A DNA stretch of 63,201 bases, filler included, from Reticulomyxa filosa (lineage: Eukaryota > Protista > Foraminifera): NCBI GenBank assembly GCA_000512085.1. It is 19 parts of 19 records of this genome, joined end to end, with 100 filler letters (N's around TTAATTAATTAA, not from the genome) between each part and the next. Parts side by side here need not be neighbours in the genome. Positions count along the whole stretch, not along the records: positions 1 to 5,680 come from ASPP01022243.1; positions 5,781 to 11,984 come from ASPP01020960.1; positions 12,085 to 13,851 come from ASPP01003269.1; 16 more parts are not named here. One strand, 5' to 3'. A program made the position numbers and the translations under genes. Below are positions 1 through 12,842 of this stretch, one piece after another. The stretch's first letter is position 1; every line of letters starts with the position of its first letter. The notes beneath the pieces were generated by a model. It ran no database searches and was not told where the DNA came from. It saw only the letters and a program-made list of their open reading frames with translations.

Positions 1-1
1 A

Positions 2-661
2 ATGGGTAGTAGTTTGACAGTTACTCCTGCGGCGGACTTTCCTCGAAGAGTAGGGAAAAAAAAAACCCTGGTCATTGTAAATTTGCAAAAGACCCCAATA
101 GATGAACATGCCACCCTTCGAATCAACGCAAAATGTGATGACGTTATGAGATTGTTGATGAAGGAATTGAAGTTGGACGTACCAGAATGGTGCTTGGTAC
201 GACATGCAAAATTAAAAGTGGATGAAAACAGTACCAATTCCGAACTTACGATTCACTTTGAGGCTTTGGAACCAGATGGAACGCCACTATCCATATTTAA
301 AGCACTCTCATTGAACACTTCCGAAGAGACGAAAACAAAAAAACCAGATTTGCAAACCGCGTTACTCAGTGGAGCAGAGTTTACTAGTGTAAAATTTAAA
401 CAAACAGTGAAAAGTAATACTGACAACAAAGAGGAAGAAAAGAAAGAAGACAAAGTAGAAGCGATTTCACTGGAATTAGAATTTGTTGGAAACTATAATG
501 AACCCTCACTTTCACTGGATTTAGGTCCGTACTTGAACACTAAGTTCCCATTTACCAAAATACTTAAGTTAGTTTACAATCCTTTTGTGGGTGTTTGGAG
601 CGTACCTGCCGAAAAAGAGTTAGAAGATGATGAGCTCATAAAAGCGTTTAAGGCTTTATAA
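2..661 (+). CDS. NAD-dependent deacylase, class IV sirtuin (SIRT6/7-like), 3' part
   Basis: GSSLTVTPAA, LVIVNLQKTPID and LRINAKCDDVM match the class IV sirtuin C-terminal core; 5' end truncated by the window edge. Confidence 0.85.
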   Translation: MGSSLTVTPAADFPRRVGKKKTLVIVNLQKTPIDEHATLRINAKCDDVMRLLMKELKLDVPEWCLVRHAKLKVDENSTNSELTIHFEALEPDGTPLSIFKALSLNTSEETKTKKPDLQTALLSGAEFTSVKFKQTVKSNTDNKEEEKKEDKVEAISLELEFVGNYNEPSLSLDLGPYLNTKFPFTKILKLVYNPFVGVWSVPAEKELEDDELIKAFKAL

Positions 662-1045
662 AGCAAAATTCTTTTTTTTTGCAAAGGGTGTACATCCAAA
701 GTATATCATTTTTTGATTAAAATATTTGTGTCGAAAAATTTAGTTTTTTGAAAAATACGTGGCAATCTTTGATGCTCATGATACTCAGTTAATATTGTCT
801 TGCCATTTTTGTAAGCGTCAAAAGCCTATTCAAATCGCAACAAAGGCTATTCTCTTAACTACAGCTATTGGTTATCATATAAAAGAGGTCTTGTTTCCTG
901 CTTTGCTGAACCAGATAAGCCAAAAAAAACGTGAATAGTTTGAGACGGTAGCAATGTTTGAAAAATCTTAAGATTTGATCCAAGCAACAAACAAGACACT
1001 CCCAATCCACACAAGTAACTCACTTTACAAACAAAAAGATCAAAT

Positions 1046-3278
1046 TCACAAAATTGCACAAGAACTCATGAATCCCGTATCTTTCATGCCTTCGCTTTCA
1101 AACAATTTTTTCTGTTCTGGTGTTAGTTCGGTCCCCACCTGTTGAAATACAATACAAATGGGATGTTAAAAATGAAGATCAGAGAACAGAAACAAATATT
1201 CAAAGAATTTGAACCATCTGCTTGATTTCATCCGGTAAATAAGAAAGTATATTCATGACTTCTTTACTTTTATTAACAGGGCATGACATATTGCCCACTT
1301 TAGTTTGCTGAATAAAGTATTCCATCAATTCTGTATCTTTGTCACAATAATCGCTTCTTAAGTAAAACAATAAATAAGCGGTCTTGGATTTTACATCCAA
1401 TGATGATATTTGTCGTACTCGATGATCGTCAAATAAATACCACTTTTTGGTAGTACTATTAGGATGAGTTAAATCACGGCACAGACAATTGGCAACATAA
1501 TGTCCACCTCCACTACGGCCATAATGATGCTATTTTTGAAGCATACACAACATTTACTTTTTCCATAGCACAACATTAATTAAAATAATACAATTGCTAT
1601 TATTCAGACATACCACCACTCCAAATAAATGATATGTTGTCGGTACATTTTCTGATGTTTTGACATTAAACATATCAGGATATGTTTCTTTTGTTTTGCT
1701 TTCTTCAGTCTTTTCTGCATCTTCGTTGGACACTTGGGTAAACCTTTTTATTTGGAAAGAAATGGGAAAATGCGTGTTGTGTCTTAGTTTTTCTTAAGAT
1801 CAATGAACACAAAGATAAAACTGTTCTGGTGATAATTTCGTTCTTGGAACCAGAAAAGGTGCCATATCAAAATATTTCAGCAAATATTCAACATGTGTGT
1901 TGATTTTCCCACCATTTTGGCTATTTCGTTTTAAATGAAAGATAAGAACTGGCGGAGTAGACCAAATGCGATGAGACTTGATGGATGTATTTTTCTTATG
2001 GCAGCCTGGGCACGTGTAACTTTATGTTGTTTTGTCAAAACATTTTTTAAAACCGTTTTGTTAATGAAAGAGACAAACAAAAATTGTTGGCAAACTCTGG
2101 TTGCTTTTCTTCTTTTTGATACTCTCGAATACAATCACCAATCGATATTGGTCTAGAGCGTTTTTTTTGATGTATCACATGAAAAAATGAATCAACGTAC
2201 ATATATAGACATTTAGAAGAGAGAAAATAATTTAAATCAAACTTATTCAAAAGGTGAATGTGCTCTTGAACAGAAGAATGTTCCAAAACATTTTCAAAAA
2301 GCAATTGCGTATGATGACTAAATTGAGGATTCCAATTGTTATATTCTTTCAATTGTCTTTGAAAGATTTCTTTTTGACGGGTTTGAGCATCATTTGGTTC
2401 AATAGTTTGAGTTGTGTTTTCTTGTTTCTTTTGAGAATTGAATTTGACATCTAGGGCAGTACCAATTTCATTTGCATCCATTCCGGCATCGGCAATTTCT
2501 TTTTCAATACGACTCTGCAAAAAACATTTAAAAAATGACTCATCCCAATCAATGGCCAAATATTCTTTATTTTCGTCAAAGTCTAGTAAATGGATACGGT
2601 CGTCTTTCTTTTTTGTTTCAATTTTTACATCAATGGACGGCAGAACGCCCATTTCTTTTTTTTTTTTAAATAACGCACACATATACAAACATAAATGAAA
2701 TGGAGTATGGAGAATTGAGACTTCAAAGTAATGTAAAATGAAAACAAATCAAAACCTGGTTTATATGGAATGACACAACCAGAGCAATATTTGTCCCACG
2801 AACAACGGTAGCATTTCTTGCCAGAAAGATCTACTCTTTTCAAAACAAAGGGCAGTTCTGTTTGTCCGTATCCACCTGCCCACCACACGCGCGAAGGAAG
2901 AGACTCCCGCATCTTCATTTCGGTGAGGATATTTTTGCCGCTGTAGTTAATCTTGGTGTTTTGTTGCATCGAATTTCCAAATATGTAATAATAGTTGTTT
3001 GTCAACGAGTTAAACTGGTCCAAAGATTGTTGGTCGGAGATGTGGGACTGGTCATACTTTTTGGTCATTGTCTCTGTCGTCGTTTTGATTTGAATCCCGG
3101 CCAAGTACCGAAATTGAATCAAATTCCAAACCGCATGATACAAATGGTGAGCTGTGAAGCCATTTTTAGGTAGGAACAGCATCACAGGTAATCCAAACAA
3201 TTGAGGTTCGGATTCACGTATGAACCAGTGCTTTTGCTTTATTATTATTATTATTATTATCATTATTACTTTTTATTA

Positions 3279-3321
<43 letters not shown>

Positions 3322-5645
3322 AACTCCAAATAATTTGTTTATTTTTTATTTTTTTAAAAAAAAAAAATCGCAACTGGAATTATCCTTCGATGAACACAAC
3401 GCAATGGCAATACGTGGTAAGGCATACTAATTTGGGTCGGTTTGGGCTTTTGTGAGGATTTGACTTTGGAACCCAAAGGTTGAATTCTGGACGAGTCGTG
3501 GGGAATCCATTCATCCCATTGAGAGCTCCAATTCAAATAGTGCACTCGAACCATCCATTTGCCTCGTAAATCATCCACCGTAACGACAGTGTCTTTGTCC
3601 CTGGGCGACGAAGATCGCTCCGTCCCAACGTTCATTCCAATCAAAGAAGGCTGCTCTTCCAATGCCGTACTCCCTGACAACAAGCTGCCCAATGGTCCCA
3701 ACACCGGCGTCAAAAAATCGCCATAGGATTTGGTGGAGAGTAAATTGGACGGAATGCCCAAAGTCCTTATCTCGTCATCCCGATCGCCGTTCAATGGCAA
3801 GTTCATCGATTGAGCACGTTTGAGTATGTTATCAGCAGGCTGCAGCCGCGAATAGCTGTACTTGCGTGCTTCTTCGGGGTGTGTATCCACGAAACGGTTG
3901 AACAAATCTTCAAACGGTTTGATTTCTAACACCTCTGCCTCATACCAAGAAAGGTAGTGATCCCGGACGTCAAAGTGTTCACCAGGACGTATACCGGTTG
4001 GAGCGTTATACACTCCATATCTGTGACTCGTGATCGTCTCCCAAGTTGGAGCCTCGTATCTAGAGAAGTGGATCATCCATACAAAGTCGACAATTGTATT
4101 TGAGATTATTACGTATACATACATATATGATATATGGAATTCTTAACAATACAAAAACACCCTGGGATTGAAGATTTTGCACTGATTCATCCAACGAGAA
4201 AAAACTTCGAATGGTGTTGGATATAACGTGGGTCGGAACAAGAAGATGAGAGGGGATGTTGGTGAATTGGCTGATGTGACGGATTACATTGCGGACGCTG
4301 GCGCCATGAGCGAAGCGCACACTGTATCGTATGGGTTTGCGGCAAGGGTGATAGTAATGAACGATGACCTTGACAAAGATGTCAGTAATTTCCGGAATGG
4401 GCAAGGACAGCATTTGATAAGTCTCGAATTTGTTATTCACACGTCCACATTCGATACACTTTAGTGTATTTTTATATTGTCCTTCAAACAGATTGACGAT
4501 GATGGATTGCTCGCGTTTCAAATGGCACTCCCAATGTTCTTTCGCGACCACTTCATCGGACCTTTCATTGCTGTCTTCGATTTGGACATAAGCTTTATTC
4601 TTTTTTTTTTTTTGGTAATAAGCATGTGCGTGCATAGGTTCAATTGCAACAGCACGAATATACAAAGACAAGTATAAAAAGCACGTATACACACACAACT
4701 CGCTACAAATTACCTTGACACGGTTTAATCCTTCGTGTATACCACTCAGCAATGCCTGTAGGGCCTCTTGGCTGTCATGTTGTTCGTGTCCTTCCAGCAG
4801 CGAGTTGACCAACGCTACAGTGCTTTTGACACTGCGTGGAATGTGCGTGCTAAAGGGCTCGGACAGCCACATCTGGCATAGCAATGCACCCACGGCCAAG
4901 GGTACTCTCCAATGGTCCGGGTCGTCGTCGAATTTCTTGTTTTTGTTTAGTTCGTTGATGAAAATTTTTGATAAGAAGTACTCCGTCAATGGCATGGTAT
5001 GAGATAGACACTGTAAGGCCGCATTTAAGTAGCACGTGTTGCCCATGTTGCGTAGTCCGACAACGCCAAAGGATAAGCTATGTTGATTCGTGTCATCCGT
5101 GATGGAAACGGAAGACGACTTGGATGTCAAATCTTGATATTTTGTTGTGGATCTAACCTTGCTATTGATTTCATCATCATTATCATCATGTTCTTCTTCT
5201 TCTTCTTCTTCTTCTTCTTCCTTTTCTTCATCTCCATTTGCACTGCGAGGACTTTCCAACGTGGAATGCAATCCCTGCACGCCAGTCCATTGTCCGCTAA
5301 GTTCGACCGCCTCCAAATACAGATATCCGTTTGTTCGAATGTTGGCCGTCTGCAAGGTTTTGGTTGGGTTCAATAGTTCAATCTCTTGTCTGGTCTTGGC
5401 TCTTTGCGTTCTTCTCGTTATTCTACTTGCGACTGCGGGTGTGATGGACGTGGCCGTTGTTGTTGTTGTTGTTGTTGTTGTTGACGGCATCGTCGTCATC
5501 GTCGTCGTCGTCGTCGTCGGCGAGGCTGTGGTGGTCGTTGTGATCGCGGCTGTAGCAGTTGTGGACTCTGCAGAATCAATCGTCATTAACAGGGATGACT
5601 TTTCATTGGAAGGGTCATTCTCTTTATCACTTTGTCTTGCTGTCG

Positions 5646-5680
<35 letters not shown>
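1046..5680 (-). CDS. Ubiquitin-specific protease, USP32/USP15-like, multi-exon, 5' partial, C-terminal CAAX
   Basis: Cys box GLRNMGNTCYLNAALQCL; QHDSQE; zinc ribbon CIEC...CPGC; CYRCSWDKYCSGC; His box HHYGRSGGGHY...WYLFDD...AYLLFY (about 1360-1529). The last exon 1046-1138 (after GT-AG intron 1139-1214) ends MSSCAIL*. Confidence 0.9.
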
Positions 5681-5780
5681 NNNNNNNNNNNNNNNNNNNN
5701 NNNNNNNNNNNNNNNNNNNNNNNNTTAATTAATTAANNNNNNNNNNNNNNNNNNNNNNNNNNNNNNNNNNNNNNNNNNNN
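5681..5780. other. Artificial contig spacer N44-TTAATTAATTAA-N44 (first of 18)
   Basis: Identical 100-nt spacers with six-frame stops start at 5681, 11985, 13852, 16523, 18267, 20871, 22333, 24609, 29686, 31765, 35350, 38577, 39693, 40989, 47275, 51902, 54945 and 59387. Confidence 0.99.
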
Positions 5781-5863
5781 ATGTACATATATGTATATAT
5801 GTACACATATATGTACATATTTATGCATGTATACGTACAATTTAAAAAAAAAAAAAAAAGGAA

Positions 5864-7586
5864 ATGATGGAAAATGACACGAATTATCACGGCAGCGCAT
5901 TTGAAGTGAAATCAGCAATCGACACGATAGCGTCACAAGGGACGGACTTGTTGAACACGGACGACGTGGAGATGACGGAGAACAAGAACCAAGGCGAGCA
6001 GGACGACCTGAAAAAGGGTCGCAATTGGGATGTGGCATTGCAGTTGTTCGACCATTGTCGCGACCAAAATTCGCGATGGGTGACAATGCGTCAGATTCAC
6101 GTATACGTGCTTTGGCTATCTCACCATTTAAAAAAAGTGGATTGGGATTCGGTGCGTCGCACGCAGCGCATCACAGTGAAAGCGCGGCCTTTCTTGAAGC
6201 GCGTGCTGACATTTACACACCCCGATATACTGCACACTGACCCCTCCTGTGTTGGACGTGCACTCGAAGCAAAACCTGTATCAATACGAAGAAAAGACGA
6301 TCGGAAGTGGAAAAGGGTAACCGATGCACCAATTAAAGAGGATGAAGAAGAAGAAGAAGAAGAAGAAGAAGAAGAACAAAAAGAGAAGAAGGATGCACAG
6401 GAAACAGATGAAAGAGCACGCAACGTAATGGGAAGCCAAAGCGATGCCAATATGGACGTCGAAAATGACGCTCTCAATATAAATGTGGTGAGCACCACCC
6501 AACCCGAGATGTCGACGGAACAGGTCTTGACACTGCGTGGCGCCCTGGCCGCTGTGGACACCAATGCCCAGCAGAAACAAGAGGCCGTGAATTTGCAAAG
6601 GAAAAAACAGAGGAAGAAATCGCATATCTCAAAAAAGTGTGGGGAGACCACGATGCCAAGTTCTTTGTCAAAGAGTTGCGATGGATTTTCGAATCCTGTC
6701 TCGTCATTGAAAATGATGATGACGAGCTGGGGGATGATAATTCTACTTGCTCGTGGGACACAATCATTCGCTTTGTAGTTTTGTTTATATATAATTGATG
6801 CGAATTTGCGCAAGTGCGGTAAATAAATAAATATTGTATTTTTGATGTTTGTGTTTGTGCTGTTAGAAACCATATGTGTACGACAGTGGCATTGTTACTC
6901 GCATTGAAGCCGACTTACGACAATTAAATGGAAACCACAATGTGTTCCGCGAAGAGTTTGAACAGTTCAAAACGATATTGAATGTGCCTGCAAATATTGC
7001 GTCGTCGCTGTTTGATCGCATTCGCCATTTTTGTGAAAGCGTGAGTTGGGAACAAATGCTATGGTTTGTGGAGTTTGTGGAAAAGTATTTAAAGAAATGC
7101 GAACTTGCGATCGAAAAGAAATGCGAACTCGGAGAAGATGAAGACCCCACAATCGAGGAATTACACAACTTTTTGGAGTTGGAAAGTCAGGAGTTGAGCA
7201 AATGGCTGTTCACGACTGTCTTACGAAAAACCACAAACAAAGTCTCGTGGACCGAATTCCGGCAGTATTTAAGAGAATGGGCCGAGCAGAAAGAACAAGT
7301 CAATGAATTCTTTGACGACTTGCAAATAGAAAGAGAGGCGCAAACTTTGTTAGATGACAAAGTTGATACTGTTGTTGATGACGTTAAAAACATTCGAAAC
7401 TTTTTGGATTCCTCCGCCATTCTACCAAACAATAAAAAAGATTTGATGAAAAAGGACAAAGAAGAGTTGATACAGATGTTACTGCAGTCAGAATTTTTTC
7501 AAGCCATTGAGGAACGACGCAAACAAGAAAAATCACAAAACAGCGCTTTTTTGGCTCGAACACAAGTCAATATGCCCACTTTTTAA
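5864..7586 (+). CDS. Hypothetical protein with degenerate EF-hand-like motifs, 5' partial
   Basis: Two long ORFs joined by a probable intron (about 6775-6866) and a frameshift in the A-run near 6602. Repeated motifs CSWDTIIRF, VSWEQMLWF, PTIEELHNFL, VSWTEFRQYL. Confidence 0.5.
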
Positions 7587-9342
7587 CTTCAAATGATATT
7601 ACATGAATCTTTCTTTTTTTGTAGATATATGCAGAACGCAGAAATAACCATTTTTTTAATTTTTTGTTCTGATTAAATTGTAATCGAATTCAAATTCAAA
7701 TTTGCAATTGAAGGGAATGAAAGAAAGAAGAAGTACAGCTCATTGCAAACACTCAACTCATAGAACTTTTTTTTGTAATTAAATCTTTCATAGAAATTAC
7801 AAATGTGAAAAACACAATTTACAACCTAAATTTTGCAAGCAAACAATACGCTTTTTAACTGAATAATATAAATTTTGTAATTCAAAAAAAATTTTATAAA
7901 AAGTGTATTGCATGTGTTGATTTTTGTGGGGACCCAAATATATATTTATATTTTAAAATTGGATATATCATGTTATATTTGAAAAATAATATTACCAAGT
8001 CGATGAAATTTCATGTATAATTTTTTTTTTCTATTTACTCCAATTGGTCATATACAGAAATGAAGCAATTATATGTGTCAATCATTGTACATTCAATACA
8101 CTTCTTTTTAAAAAATTTGATAATTTCTTTAATTTTTCACGAGTTAGTTTGCTTTTTAACAAATTCAGTTTTGCAACATGACTTTTTGTATTTGATTAAT
8201 AACATTATGAAACCTTCTTAAAATTGTTATACGGTAAAGTAAAGTTGTGGCATAACAACAAGGCAGTCCTAAAACATTTAAGAATAAATGTAAATACGCT
8301 GAACCAAGTTAAAAGAAATATCTTAGATTTTAAAGGAAATTAGATTAAGTATATATTTTTATTGAAATTGTAACTTTTATCAATTGTAAAATATAAATAG
8401 CATTAAAAACATAACAAAACTTTTTGTGATGATACTTGGAGAAGTGCATAAAGTGATGTCAAATTTTTAAAATTTTAACTATTCTAAAATTCAAAAACAA
8501 AAAACTATCTAACAGATCTGAATTGGGCGTTATTCATATGCAATTACAACGTGTACAACAATCTCAAAACAAACTATATTATCAAATTTTTATCTTGAAA
8601 AAGCGTCAAAAAGTAATTTTAAATTACAATAAAATTAAAGCACAAATACAACAAAAAAATTCAGAAATAAATGAAAACTTTTTAAAAATTGTGATAGTGC
8701 AGGGATACTCATACGTCAAAATGGAATAATAATAATATTCCTTCTTTCTTTTTTTTAATTTAATTAACCAAATCTGTTTCTCTTTTCCAATAATACTTCC
8801 CGATCCAGATCCTCTGCAATAGTGTAAAAAGAAAAAATTGATTTTAAATGTTTGTTTTTAATGGAAAAAATGATTATTTTAAGATGTGTCAGTTTTTTCT
8901 GCAATCCATTGTAATTGGAGAATGTCGATCGAAAAGCCAATAATCGTGTTTCAATTTTTTAAAAAATGCTTTATTGAAAGTCAAATTAATATCGATTTCA
9001 AAAAATTAGTTCCATTTCAAAGAATACGCTAAATTTGGTCTAAGAAGCCAAAAACAAGTCCTGTTTGTAATAAAAACTTAATTTGTTCGTTTTTTGACAT
9101 TCGAATGATGTTAATGTGATTTTATCTAAAAGTTTTGCAAAAAAGCAGCTTGTATCTCAGTTACAAACACGGAAGATATGCATAACCTGTACGACTGAAA
9201 GTTTTTTTGGGTTGTCTTTAAGTGTTGGGCAGTGCTTTTTAAAAAAAACTTCCAAAAAAAAAAACCAGTAAAGTTCTTATATATACCCTTTTGAACAAAT
9301 TGTGTAAAGGTTTCTGGCAAACAAAGCAGAGATCGATAAAGA

Positions 9343-10054
9343 ATGGTCGTAAAAACAACCCGTTGTTCATTCACAGAGGACAAGATTTACCCAGGCCACG
9401 GTGTCATCTTCATTCGAAGAGATGCCCGTAGACTGGAATTTGGAACGAGGAAGGCTCACAGTTTGTATCATACTGACAGAAAGCCATTAAACTTGAGATG
9501 GTGCAAACAATGGCGACGTGCCCACAAGAAAGAGAACACATTACGACAAGTGAAAAAAGAAAAACGAACAAAACTCAGGTAAAATCTCAAACAAAATTAA
9601 ATACCGTGTAAGAGGGCCGAGTCCAGACATCGAAATTTCGCAATTGAAAAAAAAAATACTTTTGTTTTTTTTCTCACCTCCCCCTTTCCTCAGATCAGAA
9701 CGTGGCATTGAAGGTTTGTCTCTTCAAAAATTATTGCAAAAGAAGAATGAAACGGAGACGGACCGAACAAAGAACCGTGAAAAGAAAGCAGCTGAAGAGA
9801 TCAAACAACGAAAAATTGCAGCAACCGCAGGATCTCAAGACACCAGAACTGCAATTCGCAATAAAATTAAAGCCTTGCAAGCCAAACAAGCCAACCCAAC
9901 CCCCGCAAAAGGTGGAAAAGGTGCGACCGCTAAACCACAGAAAAAAGAAGCCAAGAAAGGTGGCGCTCAAGCAAAGAAAGGCGCTGAAAAAGGTGCTGCG
10001 CCTCAAGGGGATCAGAAAAATAAAAAATCAAATAAGAAAAAAGGTGGAAATTAA
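9343..10054 (+). CDS. RPL24: 60S ribosomal protein L24 (eL24)
   Basis: CSFTEDKIYPGHG...RRD...W...WRRAHKK; intron 9579-9693 (GT..AG) joins in frame to SERGIEGLSL; Lys/Ala-rich tail. Confidence 0.92.
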
Positions 10055-10691
10055 ACTTTTTTTAAACTTGTTTGGTGGATTGATCAAGGAGCTGCTGATT
10101 TAAATGTTTTCTTTTGTTGATTTTTTGCAATAATCTGTTTGTTCACAAACAGTACAAAAACGAAACAACACTGGAAATTGCATTTTTTGTTTTGCAACCG
10201 TTGCTTCCCTTACGTTTGATCCTATCATTTCAAAATTTTTTTGTGGTGAGGATACACTTTGAACCGCAAAGTAGAGGGATATCGAATGATTGAACTTTAT
10301 ATTTGTTAACTCCAAAGGTTTTTTGTCTGCCAAGATTTGTATTATTGTGAAGACATATGAAACAAAACGTCTTGATCGTTCAATTTATATTTTTGCAATT
10401 TATAAACAATTGCAAACATGATTTTTAAGCATCAAAATGGTCAACTTAATAGAAAAGTTAAGGAATGAAAAACCAAAGCTTAATTTCTCAGCCACAAGTA
10501 TTTTTGCAATGAAAGCAACGCAGCTATTTTTGCGGTTCGTTTGTGTTTGTTTTCAAACATCGTTTGAGGAATATCATTCAATTTCATCAATTAAAAAAAG
10601 ATGGTTTAAAAACGGCAAACAGGAAGACCGCGGGAAAAAAATGTTTTTTTTTTTAAAATAATCGATTTGTTTAGTAGAAGTATCTCGAAAT

Positions 10692-11384
10692 ATGGGCTCT
10701 TTATGTACTTGTGAAAGTATTGGAAAAGAAAAGTATGGAAACAATGAAACATATGCCGAACATCACAAGTACGCAATAGTGAAGCAAGACAAGACAGCCA
10801 CTGCCAAAGCAGATAAAGAAATAGACAGCGTATTGGGTGAGTACGAGCGAGAGCAGCAAAAAATCAGCTGCCGCTTAATGTTGCTCGGAGCAGGAGAAAG
10901 TGGAAAAACCACATTATTGCGACAAATGAGACAAAAATATGCACAGCCGTATTCTGAGCACGAGCTTCGAAGCGTCGCTCCCCTCATTATTCAAGTTTGT
11001 TCATTAGCAAAGCAAAAAAAAAAAAAATAAAAAAAAAATGGACAAAATAAGCTATGCTACACATTTTTTTTTTTTAAAGACAAACAAAAAAAAGCCAAAG
11101 AGGTTGAGGGCAACGAAAAAGAACCTAACAAATCTAATGACACAGAATTTGATCGAAGCAATGAGAACGTTGGCCGTGTACAGCGAATTATTAGCGGAGC
11201 AAGGTGAATGTACAAGTGTAAGCAAAGAAAACGAAGAAATAAGAAACTTTGTTGCAGCGCTAGCCGAACAGGAGCAGTTCTCTCCTGAACTGTGTCGTGA
11301 TTTTAAACAGCTGTGGGAAGATGTTTTGTTTTGTCTATTTTTTTTTTTTAAAATCAATTATTTGTATATATATACATATCATAC

Positions 11385-11421
<37 letters not shown>

Positions 11422-11949
11422 TGATTTGTTTAAAAACTGTACCCATTTTGTTTCCATCTTTGTTATGTTTTTTTTTTTAAAAAAAAAAAAGTTTGCAATG
11501 CAGTCAATTTTTATATAACGTATAATGTGTGTCTATAACTCGATAAATACGTACATAAATAAAAATTTGTATGCGTGTAAACCAAACGAAATAACCAGAA
11601 AGGAATCCGTCGCACGTTCGATCTGAGCCATCGGTTTCAATTGATCGACACTGCCGATTATTTATTTGCAAATATGGATCGGTATTGTCAGCCCCAATTC
11701 TTGCCCACTTTTGACGACCTCATTCATTCCCAAGTTTTTTTTTGTTTTTTATTTTTTTTGTGTGAAAGGATAAGCAAGAGAAAAAAAAAAAAAAAAAAAG
11801 GGACAAATAGCCAGTTGTTTTATAAACTTGTTTGTTGACACACATAGACCCGCACCACAGGCATACATAGCTTGAAGTTTACAATCAAAGAAAAAAGTGA
11901 TGTCATCACTGAGTATTATGAAATTTATGATGTTGGCGGGCAAAAGAAT
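10692..11949 (+). CDS. Heterotrimeric G protein alpha subunit, 3' partial
   Basis: MGSLCTC lipidation motif, P-loop LLGAGESGKTT, switch I TRTTG, DVGGQ. Introns 10995-11145, 11323-11598 and 11734-11847 all keep the frame. Confidence 0.93.
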
Positions 11950-12084
11950 GTATCTTAAGTTGTTTTTTTTTTTTTTTTTTTTTTNNNNNNNNNNNNNNNN
12001 NNNNNNNNNNNNNNNNNNNNNNNNNNNNTTAATTAATTAANNNNNNNNNNNNNNNNNNNNNNNNNNNNNNNNNNNNNNNNNNNN

Positions 12085-12842
12085 ATTTGATAATTTTGTT
12101 TATTTTTTTGATTTGTTTTCATCATTTCTTGTACTTGTCCATTTTCTGATTTTGATACAAAGCAATGATATTTAATAATATTATTAGTTGGCAATTGATC
12201 ATGTTTAATAAATTGAAATGTATTTAAATCAAACACACTAATATTATTATCTCTATAAGTGATAAACAACAAATGATTGTTGATTCCACCAATCAATACA
12301 CGCGCTCCTAGATAATAATCATCATTTCTTCTAATGATAATTGGATGATTGTGATTGTCTGTGAAAGGAATCCATTCATTGTAATTGTTTGATTTGTTCA
12401 ATTGATTCAATTTACTTAATTTTTTGGATTTATTCGTTTCATTTTCATTTTCATCATCATTATTGTCACCATCACTCCAAACACTTACATATTTCATCAC
12501 CAATGTATGTTTTTTTGTAATTGGAGATCCACCAAAAGACAATAAAGTGATTTGATTGTTGTCTTTGTCGCTGTTACTGTTGCTATTTACCAGTTTCACT
12601 ACACAGTGTCCCCATAATGTAACATGACTTGGATACTCACAGATAAACTTGTATTCGTTTTTGAGCGTATGATAAGAATAACAAGCTCTTCTACTAATGC
12701 CTCCACAAATGAGGAGTTCGTGTTTATGTAGCACACATTGAGATTGTTCAAGTGGAGTGGGCAACTCCTTCAAAGTTTGAAATTGGGAAGTAATCTGTCG
12801 ACTTTGTTCAGTTTCCCTTTCAGTTGTAGTTCGATTGTCCAT
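12085..12842 (-). CDS. Kelch-like beta-propeller protein of a lineage-expanded family, 3' partial
   Basis: FQTLKELPTPL..SQCVLHKHELLICGG...CYSYH and GHCVV...LLSFGG Kelch-type repeats with Asn-rich linkers. Confidence 0.75.

Noticed and set aside
5147-5728. Hydrophobic antisense ORFs (poly-Val, poly-Phe, poly-Cys, also 6121-6873 and 41119-41547)
   Set aside because: Reverse or shifted readings of trinucleotide repeats in real genes.
5725-5736. Recurring TTAATTAATTAA as a regulatory or CRISPR-like repeat
   Set aside because: Always centred in exactly 44+44 Ns; an artificial six-frame-stop spacer.
9579-9693. snoRNA in the RPL24 intron
   Set aside because: No convincing C/D or H/ACA box arrangement.
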